From NCBI GenBank assembly GCA_964420365.1, contig CAYQTA010000094.1:100514-164513 (forward strand): 64,000 nt of DNA, given 5' to 3'. The DNA comes from an uncultured Acidobacteriota bacterium. Lineage in GTDB: Bacteria; Acidobacteriota; Polarisedimenticolia; J045. The notes beneath the pieces are model-generated. The model searched no databases and was not told where the DNA came from. It worked only from the letters and a program-made list of their open reading frames with translations. Shown here piece by piece: positions 63,744-64,000 of the stretch (position 1 is the first letter of the stretch; each line of letters begins with the position of its first letter). Position numbers and translations under genes: made by a program.

Positions 63744-64000
63744 GCCGGCCAATCTGGCAGAGGCCGGCCGGGCTGGCAAGGGGCCGTCCCGGGGCGAACC
63801 AACGCGCACACCCGTGGACATTTTCGGCCCGGGTGGTGTAGACTGCGCCCGTGTTCGCCCCCCCGGGAACGGCGCCCGGGGGCGGGGTTGCGCCCGGGGG
63901 CGGGGGACCTAGATTCTCTTGCGTGAACGGTCCCGGACGGTCCGGGGTCGTTGCGGCTCGTCCGGAACGGGGGAGCCGGAGGGGAGAGAGGCTGGTGCGG

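Noticed and set aside
63744-64000. GC-rich leader upstream of the glycosyltransferase, checked for a tRNA or other structured RNA.
   Set aside because: No tRNA hallmarks (T-loop GGTTCGAATCC, D-loop) are present, only partial palindromes. It is most likely a promoter or 5'-UTR.

Overview
This 64-kb window is very GC-rich (about 70-75% by eye) and reads as chromosomal core genome of a diderm (Gram-negative-type) bacterium: Lnt, Lgt, LspA and a complete Tol-Pal cluster are all present.

I called about 58 protein-coding genes from conserved motifs in the ORF-track translations. Starts were placed by counting codons back from the ORF stop and spot-checking the DNA. Note that the track prints M for GTG/TTG starts.

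Layout:
- A 15-kb minus-strand gene train runs pgsA-cinA-thpR-plsY-gpsA-PHP phosphatase-TPR lipoprotein-ftsY-ribD-ribE-ribBA-ffh-rpsP-KH-rimM-trmD-rplS, followed by a TPR-like protein that runs off the left edge.
- A divergent AraC regulator and a secreted HEAT-repeat protein sit on the plus strand.
- A second roughly 20-kb minus-strand train runs hypothetical-PFOR-DHOD-like-recN-coaD-nfeD-SPFH-GGDEF-SPOR-lnt-prfB-grpE-dnaK-dnaJ-prmA-TPR/sulfatase-like lipoprotein.
- The plus strand then carries tolQ-tolR-tolA-tolB-pal-cpoB-ileS-bactofilin-sigma54 response regulator.
- After rpsT on the minus strand come lspA-lgt-rluD-family-DUF2520 and a secreted hypothetical.
- A minus-strand histidine kinase-CheY-glgC-SLC13 transporter operon follows.
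- The right end holds pruA and an aminotransferase on the plus strand and a GT4 glycosyltransferase on the minus strand.

prfB carries the classic programmed +1 frameshift (AGGGGG TAC CTT TGA C), visible directly in the sequence. Many adjacent genes overlap by 4 nt (ATGA/GTGA/TTGA), which suggests translational coupling.

I found no rRNA, tRNA, CRISPR array, integrase, transposase or other mobile-element hallmark. The long ORFs on the opposite strand or in alternate frames, including a 2042-aa one, are high-GC artefacts.

I could not identify a clear-cut novel defence or mobile system. The most unusual loci are:
- an apparent ~90-aa insertion in IleS after its KMSKS-like motif;
- a TPR plus alkaline-phosphatase-superfamily lipoprotein that lacks the sulfatase Cys;
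- a Trp-rich secreted protein of unknown family;
- the AraC/HEAT-repeat pair.

All functional calls are from recognition only. No database searches were run.
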